Below the pieces are notes generated by a model. That model was not told the origin of the DNA and made no database searches. It saw nothing but the letters and a program-made list of their open reading frames with translations. From a virus (lineage: Duplodnaviria > Caudoviricetes), in IMG/VR virus record IMGVR_UViG_3300028888_000074, positions 1-64,000 of that record: a DNA stretch of 64,000 nucleotides; one strand, given 5' to 3'. Each line of letters opens with the position of its first letter. The first letter of the stretch is position 1. Made by a program: the position numbers and the translations under genes. This document shows positions 1 to 9,141 of this stretch, one piece after another.

Positions 1-116
1 TTATACGGGAAACTCAATACACACAACAGTGCGCCCTATATTTCAATAAAACCCACTTGGTCTCGGAGGGAGGACGGTAACACCTCCACCACCTACCCAC
101 TACACCCTGCCAAGAC

Positions 117-200
117 CTGCCAAACTGACATGACAAACCGACATTGTGTCATACTGACAAATTGTCAGCGACAAGTGACATTGTGTCATGTGGCATGACA
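117..200. promoter_or_regulatory. TGACA-N3-TGTCA palindrome cluster 1 (putative activator/enhancer sites)
   Basis: Boxes at 139-151, 155-167 and 176-188, directly upstream of the sigma54 motif at 209. Confidence 0.65.
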
Positions 201-260
201 ATATATGTTTGGCATGGTGTTTGCATATTATATGGTGAGCAATTAAAATTTAGAATTATT

Positions 261-671
261 ATGACACAAAAAGAAAAAGAATTGTTACTCCAAGTCATTT
301 GCACAATGTTGCCGTATGGAGTTAGAGTTAAACTTAATGGGCGTAGAGAAACATCAAATAAATTAACAATTGATTGGCTTTATGCATATTCAAGACACAT
401 TGAAGATATTAAGCCATATCTTCGTCCAATGTCAAGTATGACAGAAGAGGAAAAGGTAGAATATGACCAGTTGTGTTATAATTGCCAAGAGCAAGATAGC
501 GTTGATTACAATATAACCCAACTTGATAGGACACAACTTATATATGTTATTGATTGGCTTAACGCCCATCATTTTGACTACCGTGGTTTAATCCCTATGG
601 GATTGGCATTAGAAGCACCAGAAGATATGTATGCAACGAAATCAAAATCAACAACAACAAAACAATTGTGA
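261..671 (+). CDS. Phage hypothetical protein, MTQEEK..LPYG..KPYLRPMSSMT..HHFDYRGLI family (paralog 1 of 3)
   Basis: ATG at 261 after the AATTAAAATT leader; motifs shared with 25131 and 26015. Confidence 0.8.
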   Translation: MTQKEKELLLQVICTMLPYGVRVKLNGRRETSNKLTIDWLYAYSRHIEDIKPYLRPMSSMTEEEKVEYDQLCYNCQEQDSVDYNITQLDRTQLIYVIDWLNAHHFDYRGLIPMGLALEAPEDMYATKSKSTTTKQL

Positions 672-748
672 TTATGTTGGCAGCAATAATATTGATAGGC
701 AGTTTCGGTGCAGTGGTTTATTCCTGCATTGGAAAATAGTGACACCAA

Positions 749-762
749 TACGCAGATGCGTA
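749..762. promoter_or_regulatory. Palindromic operator TACGCA-NN-TGCGTA (other copies at 9580, 15160, 18120, 18952, 20939)
   Basis: Six near-identical intergenic 14-bp palindromes. Confidence 0.7.
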
Positions 763-798
763 CACATATTTGGCACGATAATTGTATAAACGATATGT

Positions 799-834
799 GG
801 GTCAAGGTGCGCCACCCGAATCAAAGTGCGCACC
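799..834 (+). promoter_or_regulatory. Conserved 5' leader hairpin (other copies at 9085-9118 and 15184-15219)
   Basis: GGTCAA followed by stem GGTGCGC/GCGCACC; the 9085 copy has stem GGTCTC/GAGACC. Confidence 0.55.
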
Positions 835-855
835 GCAACAATTAAAATTAGAATT

Positions 856-1119
856 ATGGAACAGACAAAAGAACAAAAAGTTTATGTACTCACGACACAA
901 TGGAGTTTGGATTATGAGCAAGGCAGCAATGTAGGTGTGTATGCCACAAAGGAACTTGCCCAAAAGGAGATGAAACGTGACTATGAGTATATGTGTGAGG
1001 AATATCCCGATTGGGTTAGAAGTATTGATGATAATTGTGCTGAAATGCAGGAAGAGGGTGATTATACCCGAAATCATTGCGATTGGCAGATAAAGGAAAT
1101 GAAAGTAATCACCGAATAA
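856..1119 (+). CDS. hypothetical protein
   Basis: ATG after conserved leader and sigma54 motif. Confidence 0.75.
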   Translation: MEQTKEQKVYVLTTQWSLDYEQGSNVGVYATKELAQKEMKRDYEYMCEEYPDWVRSIDDNCAEMQEEGDYTRNHCDWQIKEMKVITE

Positions 1120-1353
1120 AAAACAAGTATCATGGATGAGATTATCAATATGCTAACCAAACCTTTCGTTACGGGAGAGTATGTCTATTTTTGGCGGTTG
1201 GAATGGTGGAAATGGTTTATAGTAGAACCACCAAACCGAAAGCACCTCATCGGGAAGCTATATTGGAGGTGCAAGTAAAGTGAATTGGCACGCTTTTTGC
1301 ATATATCGCAACACAATTAACAAGTTTTATTCACAATTAAAATTTAGATTATC

Positions 1354-1782
1354 ATGGAAAAACAAGCAGTCATTTCATTCAGCGTTGCAACAACAATAAG
1401 CGGAAATTCTATCGCTGAAATCAAGCGTAAATTTGAAAATATGAATATTCCGTTTGAGTTCATTGAATTGTTGTCCGTAGAGGATGCGAAGACAAGAGAT
1501 GACTTGATGGAGGTTTGGAATGATGACCGACCACTCTGTGAGTTGGAGGATGAATTGAGAGAACAATTTGATGATTTTGACACCGATACATTTTGTATTG
1601 ATGATTATGGCATCAAACACAATGGTGCTTTAATCACCCACATTACAAAGCCCAACGATGCGGATATTTGCTTTTGGAGTTGTAGTAGAACTCCGTATTG
1701 TGATAAGGATGCCGAAGAAATCCAAATCACAGACTACGACCAAAGAAGAGAAATCATTATTGAAATCCTGCAAAATTTGTAA
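1354..1782 (+). CDS. hypothetical protein
   Basis: ORF with leader and sigma54 motif. Confidence 0.75.
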   Translation: MEKQAVISFSVATTISGNSIAEIKRKFENMNIPFEFIELLSVEDAKTRDDLMEVWNDDRPLCELEDELREQFDDFDTDTFCIDDYGIKHNGALITHITKPNDADICFWSCSRTPYCDKDAEEIQITDYDQRREIIIEILQNL

Positions 1783-1803
1783 ACAATTAAAATTCAGATT
1801 ATC

Positions 1804-2031
1804 ATGGCAAAAATCAGTAAAGAAGAAATCAAGAACCTCAACGGAAAAAAATATGAGTTTGAGCAGGCGGTATATTGGAACGGAGATGGTTGGGCGAGCG
1901 TGTGCGGATATTTCACCGAAAAAGGTGTTGTCCGTTTCGCGGGGACACCGATGGAAACCATAGAAACCTATGATGAAATTGACGATTACATCCTGCAAGT
2001 CTGCATTGACAATATCGTTGATAACGATTAA
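1804..2031 (+). CDS. hypothetical protein
   Basis: ORF with conserved leader. Confidence 0.7.
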   Translation: MAKISKEEIKNLNGKKYEFEQAVYWNGDGWASVCGYFTEKGVVRFAGTPMETIETYDEIDDYILQVCIDNIVDND

Positions 2032-2099
2032 GACGAGACATTATAATAATTAAAATTAGCAAAACAATCATTAATTAAAATTTCATTAAAAAAAGTATT

Positions 2100-2783
2100 A
2101 TGAAGAAGATTTTATTTGTATTAACAATGGTTTTAATGAGCGTATGCTCTTTTGGTCAAGAATACAAAACAATTGATATTCCTTTGTCGGTGGAATATGG
2201 TCTTGTCCCGAAACAAGAAGTAATCAAAAGTTTTGACACCATTGAAAAATCGTATCAAGTTAAAGAATTGGTTACATCAAAAATTTCCAATCGTGGTTTT
2301 AAGACCGATTCGGATGGCTCAATATTGACAATTCTAACCCTTGAAGATGGACATATCGTCACACTTTCAGTCGCAAACAATCTAACCATCGCAGGAGATA
2401 TTATTGGTAGTGATTATAGTTATTACATTACACGAACCAAATGTTATCCGTATTATAAAGAAAAATACGATACCATCTATGTTAAGGTGAATGCTCCGAA
2501 ATATGTAAACCTCGCTTTGTTAAAAGTGAAGTCGGAAATGTATATTGACAACAAAACCCATTATTCAGCAAAAATCTATTCCTATTCACTTGATAAGGCA
2601 TTTTGGATTGAAACCGACAATTATTTTTATAAAAAGCACGAAAACGACAAGCGTATTACAAAAAGAAAAGCAAGATTGAACAAATACTATATGGAATATT
2701 CCGATTACAAGATGTTTTTGAATTTCGTATATACCGCATTTAGAATTAAAAATTATAATTTCATTGAAACACCATCCAATTAG
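2100..2783 (+). CDS. hypothetical exported protein
   Basis: N-terminal signal peptide MKKILFVLTMVLMSVCSFGQ. Confidence 0.75.
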   Translation: MKKILFVLTMVLMSVCSFGQEYKTIDIPLSVEYGLVPKQEVIKSFDTIEKSYQVKELVTSKISNRGFKTDSDGSILTILTLEDGHIVTLSVANNLTIAGDIIGSDYSYYITRTKCYPYYKEKYDTIYVKVNAPKYVNLALLKVKSEMYIDNKTHYSAKIYSYSLDKAFWIETDNYFYKKHENDKRITKRKARLNKYYMEYSDYKMFLNFVYTAFRIKNYNFIETPSN

Positions 2784-2873
2784 ATAATCAAAATATTCGT
2801 GTCATGCCGATGAGGTTTGGCACGATTTTTGTTTATATGGAGATGTATTAGTAACAATTAAAATTACGATATT

Positions 2874-3989
2874 ATGAAAATCACATTAAAAGAAATTACA
2901 ATCGGAGAAGTTGCAAAAGGTTTTGTTGATAACAACGAACAAGGTGTTGTCGGTTATGACGGATTGTTGAATATCCGACCCGCATACCAAAGGGAATTTG
3001 TCTATAAGGACAAACAACGCAATGCGGTCATTGACACGATTATGAAAGGTTTTCCGCTTAATGTTATGTATTGGGCGAAAAATGCAAATGGCACTTATGA
3101 ACTCCTTGATGGTCAGCAAAGAACAATATCTTTCTGCCAATTTGTCAGCGGTTGGTTCTCCGTGACTGACACAAATGGCAATCCGAAGTATTTTCAAAAC
3201 ATGACTGAAAAGGAGCAATCCGATTTCCTTTCATACAAATTGTTCATCTATGTTTGTGATGGGGCAGACAACGAGCGTCTTGATTGGTTTCGCACTATCA
3301 ATATAGCAGGCGAAAAACTGACCGACCAAGAACTTTTGAACGCTAATTATGTCGGTGCTTGGTTGAGCAGCGCAAAACAAAGGTTTTCAAAGACAAATTG
3401 TGTGGCATACCATATTGGCAACAAATATGTCAATGGCAGTCCGATTCGGCAGGAATACCTTGAAACCGCTATTAAATGGGTTTCCGATGGCAAGGTTGCT
3501 GAATACATGGCAGCGCATCAATTTGATGAAAATTCCGATGAATTATACAATCACTACCGCAATGTGATTGATTGGATTGAAAAAACATTCACCACATACC
3601 GAAAGGAAATGAAAGGTTTGGATTGGGGTAAATTGTATAAAACCTATCACAAAAACGAATATGATAGTGAAAAACTTGAAGAACAAGTGAAAGAGTTGAT
3701 GATGAACGATGAGGTCACCGACAAGAAAGGCATCTATGAATATGTGTTGAGTGGAAAGGATGAGTATATCGCACGCAAATTGTCAAAACGGACTTTCTCC
3801 AATGCTGACAAACGAACTGCCTATGAAAGACAAAATGGCATTTGCCCTAAATGCGGTCAGCATCACGAATTTTCCGAAATGGATGGAGACCACATTGTCG
3901 CTTGGTGGAGAGGAGGCAAAACAACACTTGACAACCTTCAAATGCTCTGCAAAAAGTGCAATGGTGTGAAAAGCGGAAAGACTGAATAA
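2874..3989 (+). CDS. DUF262 (ParB/GmrS-like) domain plus C-terminal HNH endonuclease
   Basis: IRPAYQREFVY, LLDGQQRT, FRTINIAG; C-terminal CPKC..DHIVAW..GG.T...NLQMLCKKCN. Confidence 0.85.
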   Translation: MKITLKEITIGEVAKGFVDNNEQGVVGYDGLLNIRPAYQREFVYKDKQRNAVIDTIMKGFPLNVMYWAKNANGTYELLDGQQRTISFCQFVSGWFSVTDTNGNPKYFQNMTEKEQSDFLSYKLFIYVCDGADNERLDWFRTINIAGEKLTDQELLNANYVGAWLSSAKQRFSKTNCVAYHIGNKYVNGSPIRQEYLETAIKWVSDGKVAEYMAAHQFDENSDELYNHYRNVIDWIEKTFTTYRKEMKGLDWGKLYKTYHKNEYDSEKLEEQVKELMMNDEVTDKKGIYEYVLSGKDEYIARKLSKRTFSNADKRTAYERQNGICPKCGQHHEFSEMDGDHIVAWWRGGKTTLDNLQMLCKKCNGVKSGKTE

Positions 3990-4061
3990 CTTTGGCATAC
4001 TTTTTGCATATATGGGAATGTCAGTATATTTATAGAAACAACAATTAAAATTATAATTACT

Positions 4062-4958
4062 ATGGCAAATAACAATTCAAACCTGCACAATGCAAAAACC
4101 GCAAAAAACGATGAGTTTTACACCCAACTTTCCGACATTGAGAAAGAACTGAACAACTACAAGGACTTTTTCAATGGAAAAATCGTTTATTGCAATTGTG
4201 ATGACCCAAGAGAATCCAATTTTTTCAAATTCTTCTCATTGAACTTTGAGAGACTTGGCTTGAAAAAACTCATCACTACGGGGTATAAGAAAGACGGACA
4301 CGGGGTTGTTTTTGTCTATGAGGGTGACAAGAACGGAAATAGAATGGTTGATGATGATGAGGTTGTTGTGACCGAATTGAAAGGCAATGGTAGTTATGAT
4401 TCCGAAGAGTGCATTGAATTTCTAAAAGAATGCGATGTTGTTGTGACCAACCCACCATTTAGTTTGTTCCGTGATTATGTGAAACAACTGATGGACTACA
4501 ATAAGAAATTTTTAATCATTGGAAGCCAAAATGCTATCACATACAAGGAGATTTTCCCTTACATCAAAAATAACCAACTTTGGTTAGGAATGAATTGGGT
4601 GAAAGAGTTTATCCAACCTAACAAGGAAATAAAAAAATTTGGAAACATTTGTTGGTTTACCAATGTGGAAAACAAAAAGAGAAACAAACCTTTGGATTTG
4701 TATAGAAAATACAATCCAACTGACTATCCGAAATACGACAACTATGATGCTATTGAGGTCAGCAAAGTAACTGATATTCCCGAAGATTACAACAGAGTGA
4801 TGGGTGTACCTATTACTTTCCTTGACAAATATTGTCCTACACAATTTCAAATTGTAGGAATTGACCGCTATGTTGAAGATAATCCAAATTATGGACATCG
4901 TTTCAACATCAATGGAAAAGAATGTTACGCACGAATTTTAATTAGGAAACTCGCTTAA
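4062..4958 (+). CDS. Adenine-specific DNA methyltransferase, EcoRI-methylase family
   Basis: AKTAKNDEFYT, VYCNCDDP, catalytic VTNPPFS, MGVPITFLDKY. Confidence 0.88.
   Translation: MANNNSNLHNAKTAKNDEFYTQLSDIEKELNNYKDFFNGKIVYCNCDDPRESNFFKFFSLNFERLGLKKLITTGYKKDGHGVVFVYEGDKNGNRMVDDDEVVVTELKGNGSYDSEECIEFLKECDVVVTNPPFSLFRDYVKQLMDYNKKFLIIGSQNAITYKEIFPYIKNNQLWLGMNWVKEFIQPNKEIKKFGNICWFTNVENKKRNKPLDLYRKYNPTDYPKYDNYDAIEVSKVTDIPEDYNRVMGVPITFLDKYCPTQFQIVGIDRYVEDNPNYGHRFNINGKECYARILIRKLA
4838..4858 (+). repeat. Left 21-bp inverted repeat inside the methylase gene
   Basis: TACACAATTTCAAATTGTAGG is the exact reverse complement of 5042-5062. Confidence 0.9.
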
Positions 4959-5062
4959 TCAATAATCTTTTATAAACACCCTTTCCATTGATTTCAAATT
5001 GACCAAGTGATGCTCCATTTCCATCAATATCGTGTTCGTGACCTACAATTTGAAATTGTGTA
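4942..5062 (-). other. Silent inverted alternative C-terminus of the methylase (TQFQIVG-HEHDIDGNGASLGQFEINGKGVYKRLLIKRVS*)
   Basis: Homologous to the expressed tail TQFQIVG..FNINGKECYARILIRKLA* and in frame after the repeat. Confidence 0.8.
5042..5062 (-). repeat. Right 21-bp inverted repeat
   Basis: CCTACAATTTGAAATTGTGTA. Confidence 0.9.
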
Positions 5063-5115
5063 CAATTAACGAAAAAAATATGACATTTATTGCATAATCC
5101 TAATTTTAATTGTAA

Positions 5116-5171
5116 TGACAATGTGTCACCTTTAACTGACAAGGTGGCACATTTTTTATGACAATATGTCA
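5116..5171. promoter_or_regulatory. TGACA-N3-TGTCA cluster 2
   Basis: Boxes at 5116, 5137 and 5159 (21/22-bp spacing) before the sigma54 motif at 5181. Confidence 0.65.
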
Positions 5172-5233
5172 GTTGAGGTTTTGGCATGGTATTTGCATAA
5201 TGGTAAATGTATAACAATTAAAAATTTAGTGCT

Positions 5234-5572
5234 ATGAGCGAAAATATTGAAAAAATCATTAAGAACGCAAAAGATAATAACTATAACACAATGGATATGG
5301 TTATTGCCGCCAACTCAATTATGGTGGAAGAATTGAAAAACAAAATCAAAGAAAACGGAGGTAGCATTTCATTCACCAAACAATTCTCAAATCCATTTAT
5401 GGTATATTGTGGAACTGAGGTGAGCGAGGTCAAGGTGACCAAAGTTTATTTTGATGAAAATGAAGAAATTAAAATTGACGGGCAAATTGTTTATGGTGAT
5501 GATACCATTTATACATTCGATATTGACGAATTTGTGATGGGGCAGATATACAACATTCTCATAGTGATATAA
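5234..5572 (+). CDS. hypothetical protein
   Basis: ORF with sigma54 motif and leader. Confidence 0.75.
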   Translation: MSENIEKIIKNAKDNNYNTMDMVIAANSIMVEELKNKIKENGGSISFTKQFSNPFMVYCGTEVSEVKVTKVYFDENEEIKIDGQIVYGDDTIYTFDIDEFVMGQIYNILIVI

Positions 5573-5625
5573 CAAATTGGCACACTATTTGCATATAGGG
5601 AAATGTAACAATTAAAATTAGAATT

Positions 5626-5937
5626 ATGGCAACATCAAGAGAAATCAAAGAAAAAGCAATCCAAAGTTTAATAGAAATTATTTCCTCTTGTGTCAAGAGG
5701 AGTGGTGGAAAAATAACAACCCGTGTCAATATTGGGGAGGCAAGAACACACAACGAAGTGTTCACCCGAACCATTAGGGATGTGTTTGATTACAAACACT
5801 CAAACAAAGACGCTTTACGAAATTCCGAATACGATTTGTATTATAGCGAAGATTGTTGCCACGATGCACCGATTGAAGAATTGGGATTCTATCAATTGTT
5901 TGAGATTGCATACCAATGTGAAAATATTAACAATTAA
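5626..5937 (+). CDS. hypothetical protein
   Basis: ORF with sigma54 motif and leader. Confidence 0.75.
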   Translation: MATSREIKEKAIQSLIEIISSCVKRSGGKITTRVNIGEARTHNEVFTRTIRDVFDYKHSNKDALRNSEYDLYYSEDCCHDAPIEELGFYQLFEIAYQCENINN

Positions 5938-5949
5938 GATTACAAGATT

Positions 5950-6207
5950 ATGAATAGCATTGAAACCTTACCAATCAGCATTGAGCGCAAAGGTGGCATA
6001 TATACATTAGATGTATATGTTACCGCATGGAACAAGTTGTGCGTATCTTATAGAAACATTGTGGTCCCTGCTGACAAGTATTGTTCGGTAGTGATTGAGC
6101 CCGACAATTATTCATCAAAACCAAACATTGAAAATGAATCAATTGGGAATGCCCGAAATCTTGACGATGCGGTGGAAATGATTAAAGAATATATTGAAAA
6201 CAATTAA
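5950..6207 (+). CDS. hypothetical protein
   Basis: ORF in co-oriented array. Confidence 0.7.
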   Translation: MNSIETLPISIERKGGIYTLDVYVTAWNKLCVSYRNIVVPADKYCSVVIEPDNYSSKPNIENESIGNARNLDDAVEMIKEYIENN

Positions 6208-6209
6208 TT

Positions 6210-6455
6210 ATGAATACCGAGAGAAAAAATTATATTTGTGAAAATGAGGATGAGTACAAGGAATTGCTATCATCCTTTGTGGCAACCAAAGCGTATGCCA
6301 AAATCAAGGAACACAACCTAAATGAAAATCAATCGTGGAAATTGATGGAATGGGCAATCAATTATTCCATCAATCTATATGAGAAAAGTGAAACGCTAAA
6401 CTATTATGTGATGGATTTGGATTTTGAAAAATACATCATTGAAAATTTGGCATAG
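6210..6455 (+). CDS. hypothetical protein
   Basis: ORF in array; stop overlaps the next sigma54 motif. Confidence 0.7.
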   Translation: MNTERKNYICENEDEYKELLSSFVATKAYAKIKEHNLNENQSWKLMEWAINYSINLYEKSETLNYYVMDLDFEKYIIENLA

Positions 6456-6510
6456 TATTTGCATATTGCATAATGTCAATTTAATTTATTCACCAATTAA
6501 AATTTGAATT

Positions 6511-7065
6511 ATGGCAAAGAAACAAAAAACCTATCGTGTGAGTTTATCATGTGTCTATAACGGATATATGAATGTAAAGGCGGACAATGAAGACGATGCT
6601 CTTCGCAAGGCAAATGAAATGCTTAACTGCGAAACCTTGTCGGAATTTCCCCAATATGTGGATATGCCTTATGGAGAATTTCAATTTGGTGAGGCAACTG
6701 CCGATTTCATTGAAGAAACCTATGAGGATGATGACAATATGTCACCCGATTCTGACATTGTGTCAGACCAATGCGCAAGCGGTGTTGTCCGTGAGTATGG
6801 TGTGATGTTTTGTGATGAGGGTATTTTCGGGGATGATGAAGAACACGAATACGATGTTGATTGTGCCGATGGTGCTGCCGTTGCACACGCAAAGAACGAA
6901 AAAGACCCACAAACATTAGTACTGACCTATCCGAAGATGGCGGAGGTTGTCAAAAATGTGAAGATGGTAGATGATATTGGTGATTATCGTGGATTGCTCT
7001 ATAACGAAAAAATCCACTACGCTGATGTTATGATGTATTGTGGCAAGATTGTCGCACGGATGTAA
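6511..7065 (+). CDS. hypothetical acidic protein
   Basis: ORF with sigma54 motif and leader. Confidence 0.75.
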   Translation: MAKKQKTYRVSLSCVYNGYMNVKADNEDDALRKANEMLNCETLSEFPQYVDMPYGEFQFGEATADFIEETYEDDDNMSPDSDIVSDQCASGVVREYGVMFCDEGIFGDDEEHEYDVDCADGAAVAHAKNEKDPQTLVLTYPKMAEVVKNVKMVDDIGDYRGLLYNEKIHYADVMMYCGKIVARM

Positions 7066-7086
7066 GGTGGAATTTTAATTGTTGTC

Positions 7087-7122
7087 AGCGTGCCATGCTT
7101 TTATGAGTTTGGCACGCTTTTT
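7087..7122 (+). terminator. Intrinsic terminator whose 3' arm is the sigma54 -24 box (also about 2798, 10105, 15874)
   Basis: AGCGTGCCA...TGGCACGCT followed by TTTT. Confidence 0.6.
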
Positions 7123-7168
7123 GCGTATAGTAATATGTAAACGGATTGTCTAACTTAAACCACCGACA

Positions 7169-7322
7169 ATGAAACCACCTTAATAGCATAGGACATAAAA
7201 ACCAATAAGGCATGGGTTATGCCGAAAAGGGCTGAACATTTAGTAGTGTAGTAGGAGAGTGTACTCCGTCACACGAAAAGCGTTTAGGAGAGTGTACTCC
7301 AACCTACCCTTTATTTTTTTAT
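7169..7322 (+). ncRNA. Candidate structured RNA, copy 1, with micro-ORF MKPP*
   Basis: Downstream of sigma54 motif 7109; about 150-nt homology to 15946-16105; two GGAG-AGTGTA-CTCC hairpins; ends in a U-tract. Confidence 0.55.
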
Positions 7323-7324
7323 AG

Positions 7325-7410
7325 GGACACATTGTCAGTCCTGCCATGACACTTTGTCAGTATGACATTTTTGTCATGTGTGTCATGCCACATTGTCAGT
7401 ATGTGTGACA
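7325..7410. promoter_or_regulatory. TGACA-N3-TGTCA cluster 3
   Basis: Boxes at 7325, 7347, 7363 and 7386 before the sigma54 motif at 7418. Confidence 0.65.
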
Positions 7411-7466
7411 AACAAGTTTGGCATGATTATTGCATGATGTATGGAGAATAATTAAAATTTCCGATT

Positions 7467-7754
7467 ATGAGCAACAATACAAACAAAGAAAAAGCAAAGG
7501 AGTTATTTTACAATTTTTGCAAAGAGAAATCTTGTGATGGTAGAGTTATATGCACATTTTGTCCAAGAGCAAAGGCATTAGCACCATTGATTGAAATGGC
7601 AGAGTGGAAAGAAAAACAAATGATTGAGAGGGCGCAAGATTTTATTGCCACTTGGTTTTATGAACATCCGCATGAACAAAAATTTATATGCTCCGATGAA
7701 TTTGGAAGTATTGACCAATTGCTTGAAAAGTTGAAAAAAGCAATGGAAGAATAA
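7467..7754 (+). CDS. hypothetical protein
   Basis: ORF with sigma54 motif. Confidence 0.75.
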   Translation: MSNNTNKEKAKELFYNFCKEKSCDGRVICTFCPRAKALAPLIEMAEWKEKQMIERAQDFIATWFYEHPHEQKFICSDEFGSIDQLLEKLKKAMEE

Positions 7755-7832
7755 AATTCCCGAATATGAATTTTAGTTTGGCACACTTTTTGCATATAGT
7801 AGTGTGCAGTAATAACAATTAAAATTAGAATT

Positions 7833-8192
7833 ATGAAACAAGCGACAAAATTGGTAGCAGCGAAAAAAGAAATCGGAAGAGTAATGCAGATTGCTGAAAC
7901 GATAAGAACACAAATCAAATACCCGAACAAATATGTGTTTTGCTCTTGGGGAGCACACAACTTCCAATTTGCGGTCACGGATGACAATAACTACCCTGCA
8001 TTGCGTTTCAAGGTGAACGGAATGAAATTCAAGGGTTATGTGCATATCATCTACAACCCTATGGATTACTATGAGATTGAGTTTGTCAGCACTCATGGCA
8101 ATTTGAAGAAGAGAGTGGAAATGTGCTATTTTGACAATTTGCAGGAAATCATTGACAATTATGTTGAGAAAATTCCCGAATATGAATTTTAG
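7833..8192 (+). CDS. hypothetical protein, flanked by a ~32-bp direct repeat
   Basis: AAAATTCCCGAATATGAATTTTAGTTTGGCAC at 7753-7784 and 8169-8200. Confidence 0.78.
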   Translation: MKQATKLVAAKKEIGRVMQIAETIRTQIKYPNKYVFCSWGAHNFQFAVTDDNNYPALRFKVNGMKFKGYVHIIYNPMDYYEIEFVSTHGNLKKRVEMCYFDNLQEIIDNYVEKIPEYEF

Positions 8193-8261
8193 TTTGGCAC
8201 GGTAATTGCGGATAATCAAGTACAATTAACAATATCATTAACAAACAAAAACAACACAATT

Positions 8262-9053
8262 ATGAAAAAATCACAAAACAACAACGCTGAAACTGAAACT
8301 CTTTTTGGTATTACCACATTTACCGATAAAGCAAATGAGTTGTGGTTGGTAACCGACCCAACCGACTATGATGATGAACTCATCGGAACATATCAAGTGG
8401 AATATGATGTCATTGACAAACTCGCCACAAAAGATGAAGCGGTCAAGTATTTGGTTGAAGAGGGCGATGATGGGGAAGATTTGTTGGGCGAAACCGACAA
8501 TCTTGATGTGGATAAGATGAAAGAAGACGGCTATCTTGGGTATTATTATGATATGGGAGATAGTGTATTGATGGTTTGTCTATTTGACAAGTCTATGGCG
8601 AAAAAGATTGACGGAGAAGAGGCAAGGTTTGATGACGATGGAAAAAAATTATATCGTTACCCAATAACTTGGTCGGAAGAGGATGGCGGTTGGTTGGTTG
8701 TGTATGCTCATTCTTACGAGGAGGCAGAACAACTCTATGATGACGGAGAGTATGAAGTTGAAGCCTCCGAAGAGGACAAAGAGTATGTTTGGGTGTATTC
8801 ATCATCCTTTGAGAACGGAGCAAAATTCAAAAACGAATGGGGTGTAAAACTCTTCAAGAATCGTTCTGCTGCGGAAAAATGTTTGAAAGAAGATGCGGAG
8901 ATTAAGAAATGTATGTTCTGTGATGTGTATAACGATGGTGTTATCATTGAAAAAGAAACGGACAAAGTAACAATCTCCACAAAAAACGATGGTTGTGTTG
9001 ATGATGAATGGAAAGGAATGATAACCAAAATGTCAGTCAGCAAGGCAAAATAA
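8262..9053 (+). CDS. hypothetical acidic protein
   Basis: 263-aa ORF with sigma54 motif. Confidence 0.78.
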   Translation: MKKSQNNNAETETLFGITTFTDKANELWLVTDPTDYDDELIGTYQVEYDVIDKLATKDEAVKYLVEEGDDGEDLLGETDNLDVDKMKEDGYLGYYYDMGDSVLMVCLFDKSMAKKIDGEEARFDDDGKKLYRYPITWSEEDGGWLVVYAHSYEEAEQLYDDGEYEVEASEEDKEYVWVYSSSFENGAKFKNEWGVKLFKNRSAAEKCLKEDAEIKKCMFCDVYNDGVIIEKETDKVTISTKNDGCVDDEWKGMITKMSVSKAK

Positions 9054-9141
9054 GTTTGGCACGATAATTGCATATAGTATAATCGGTCAAGGTCTCACAC
9101 CGACATTAAGCGGAGACCACAATTAAAATTTCAATAGTATT

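Noticed and set aside
4942-5217. Independent 91-aa minus-strand gene
   Set aside because: Its 5' half runs through promoter and enhancer DNA. Only the part from the inverted repeat onward is protein-like, so it is treated as a silent cassette.
7250-7300. CsrB/RsmZ-type sRNA
   Set aside because: The GGA lies in stems rather than loops and occurs in only two repeated hairpins per copy.
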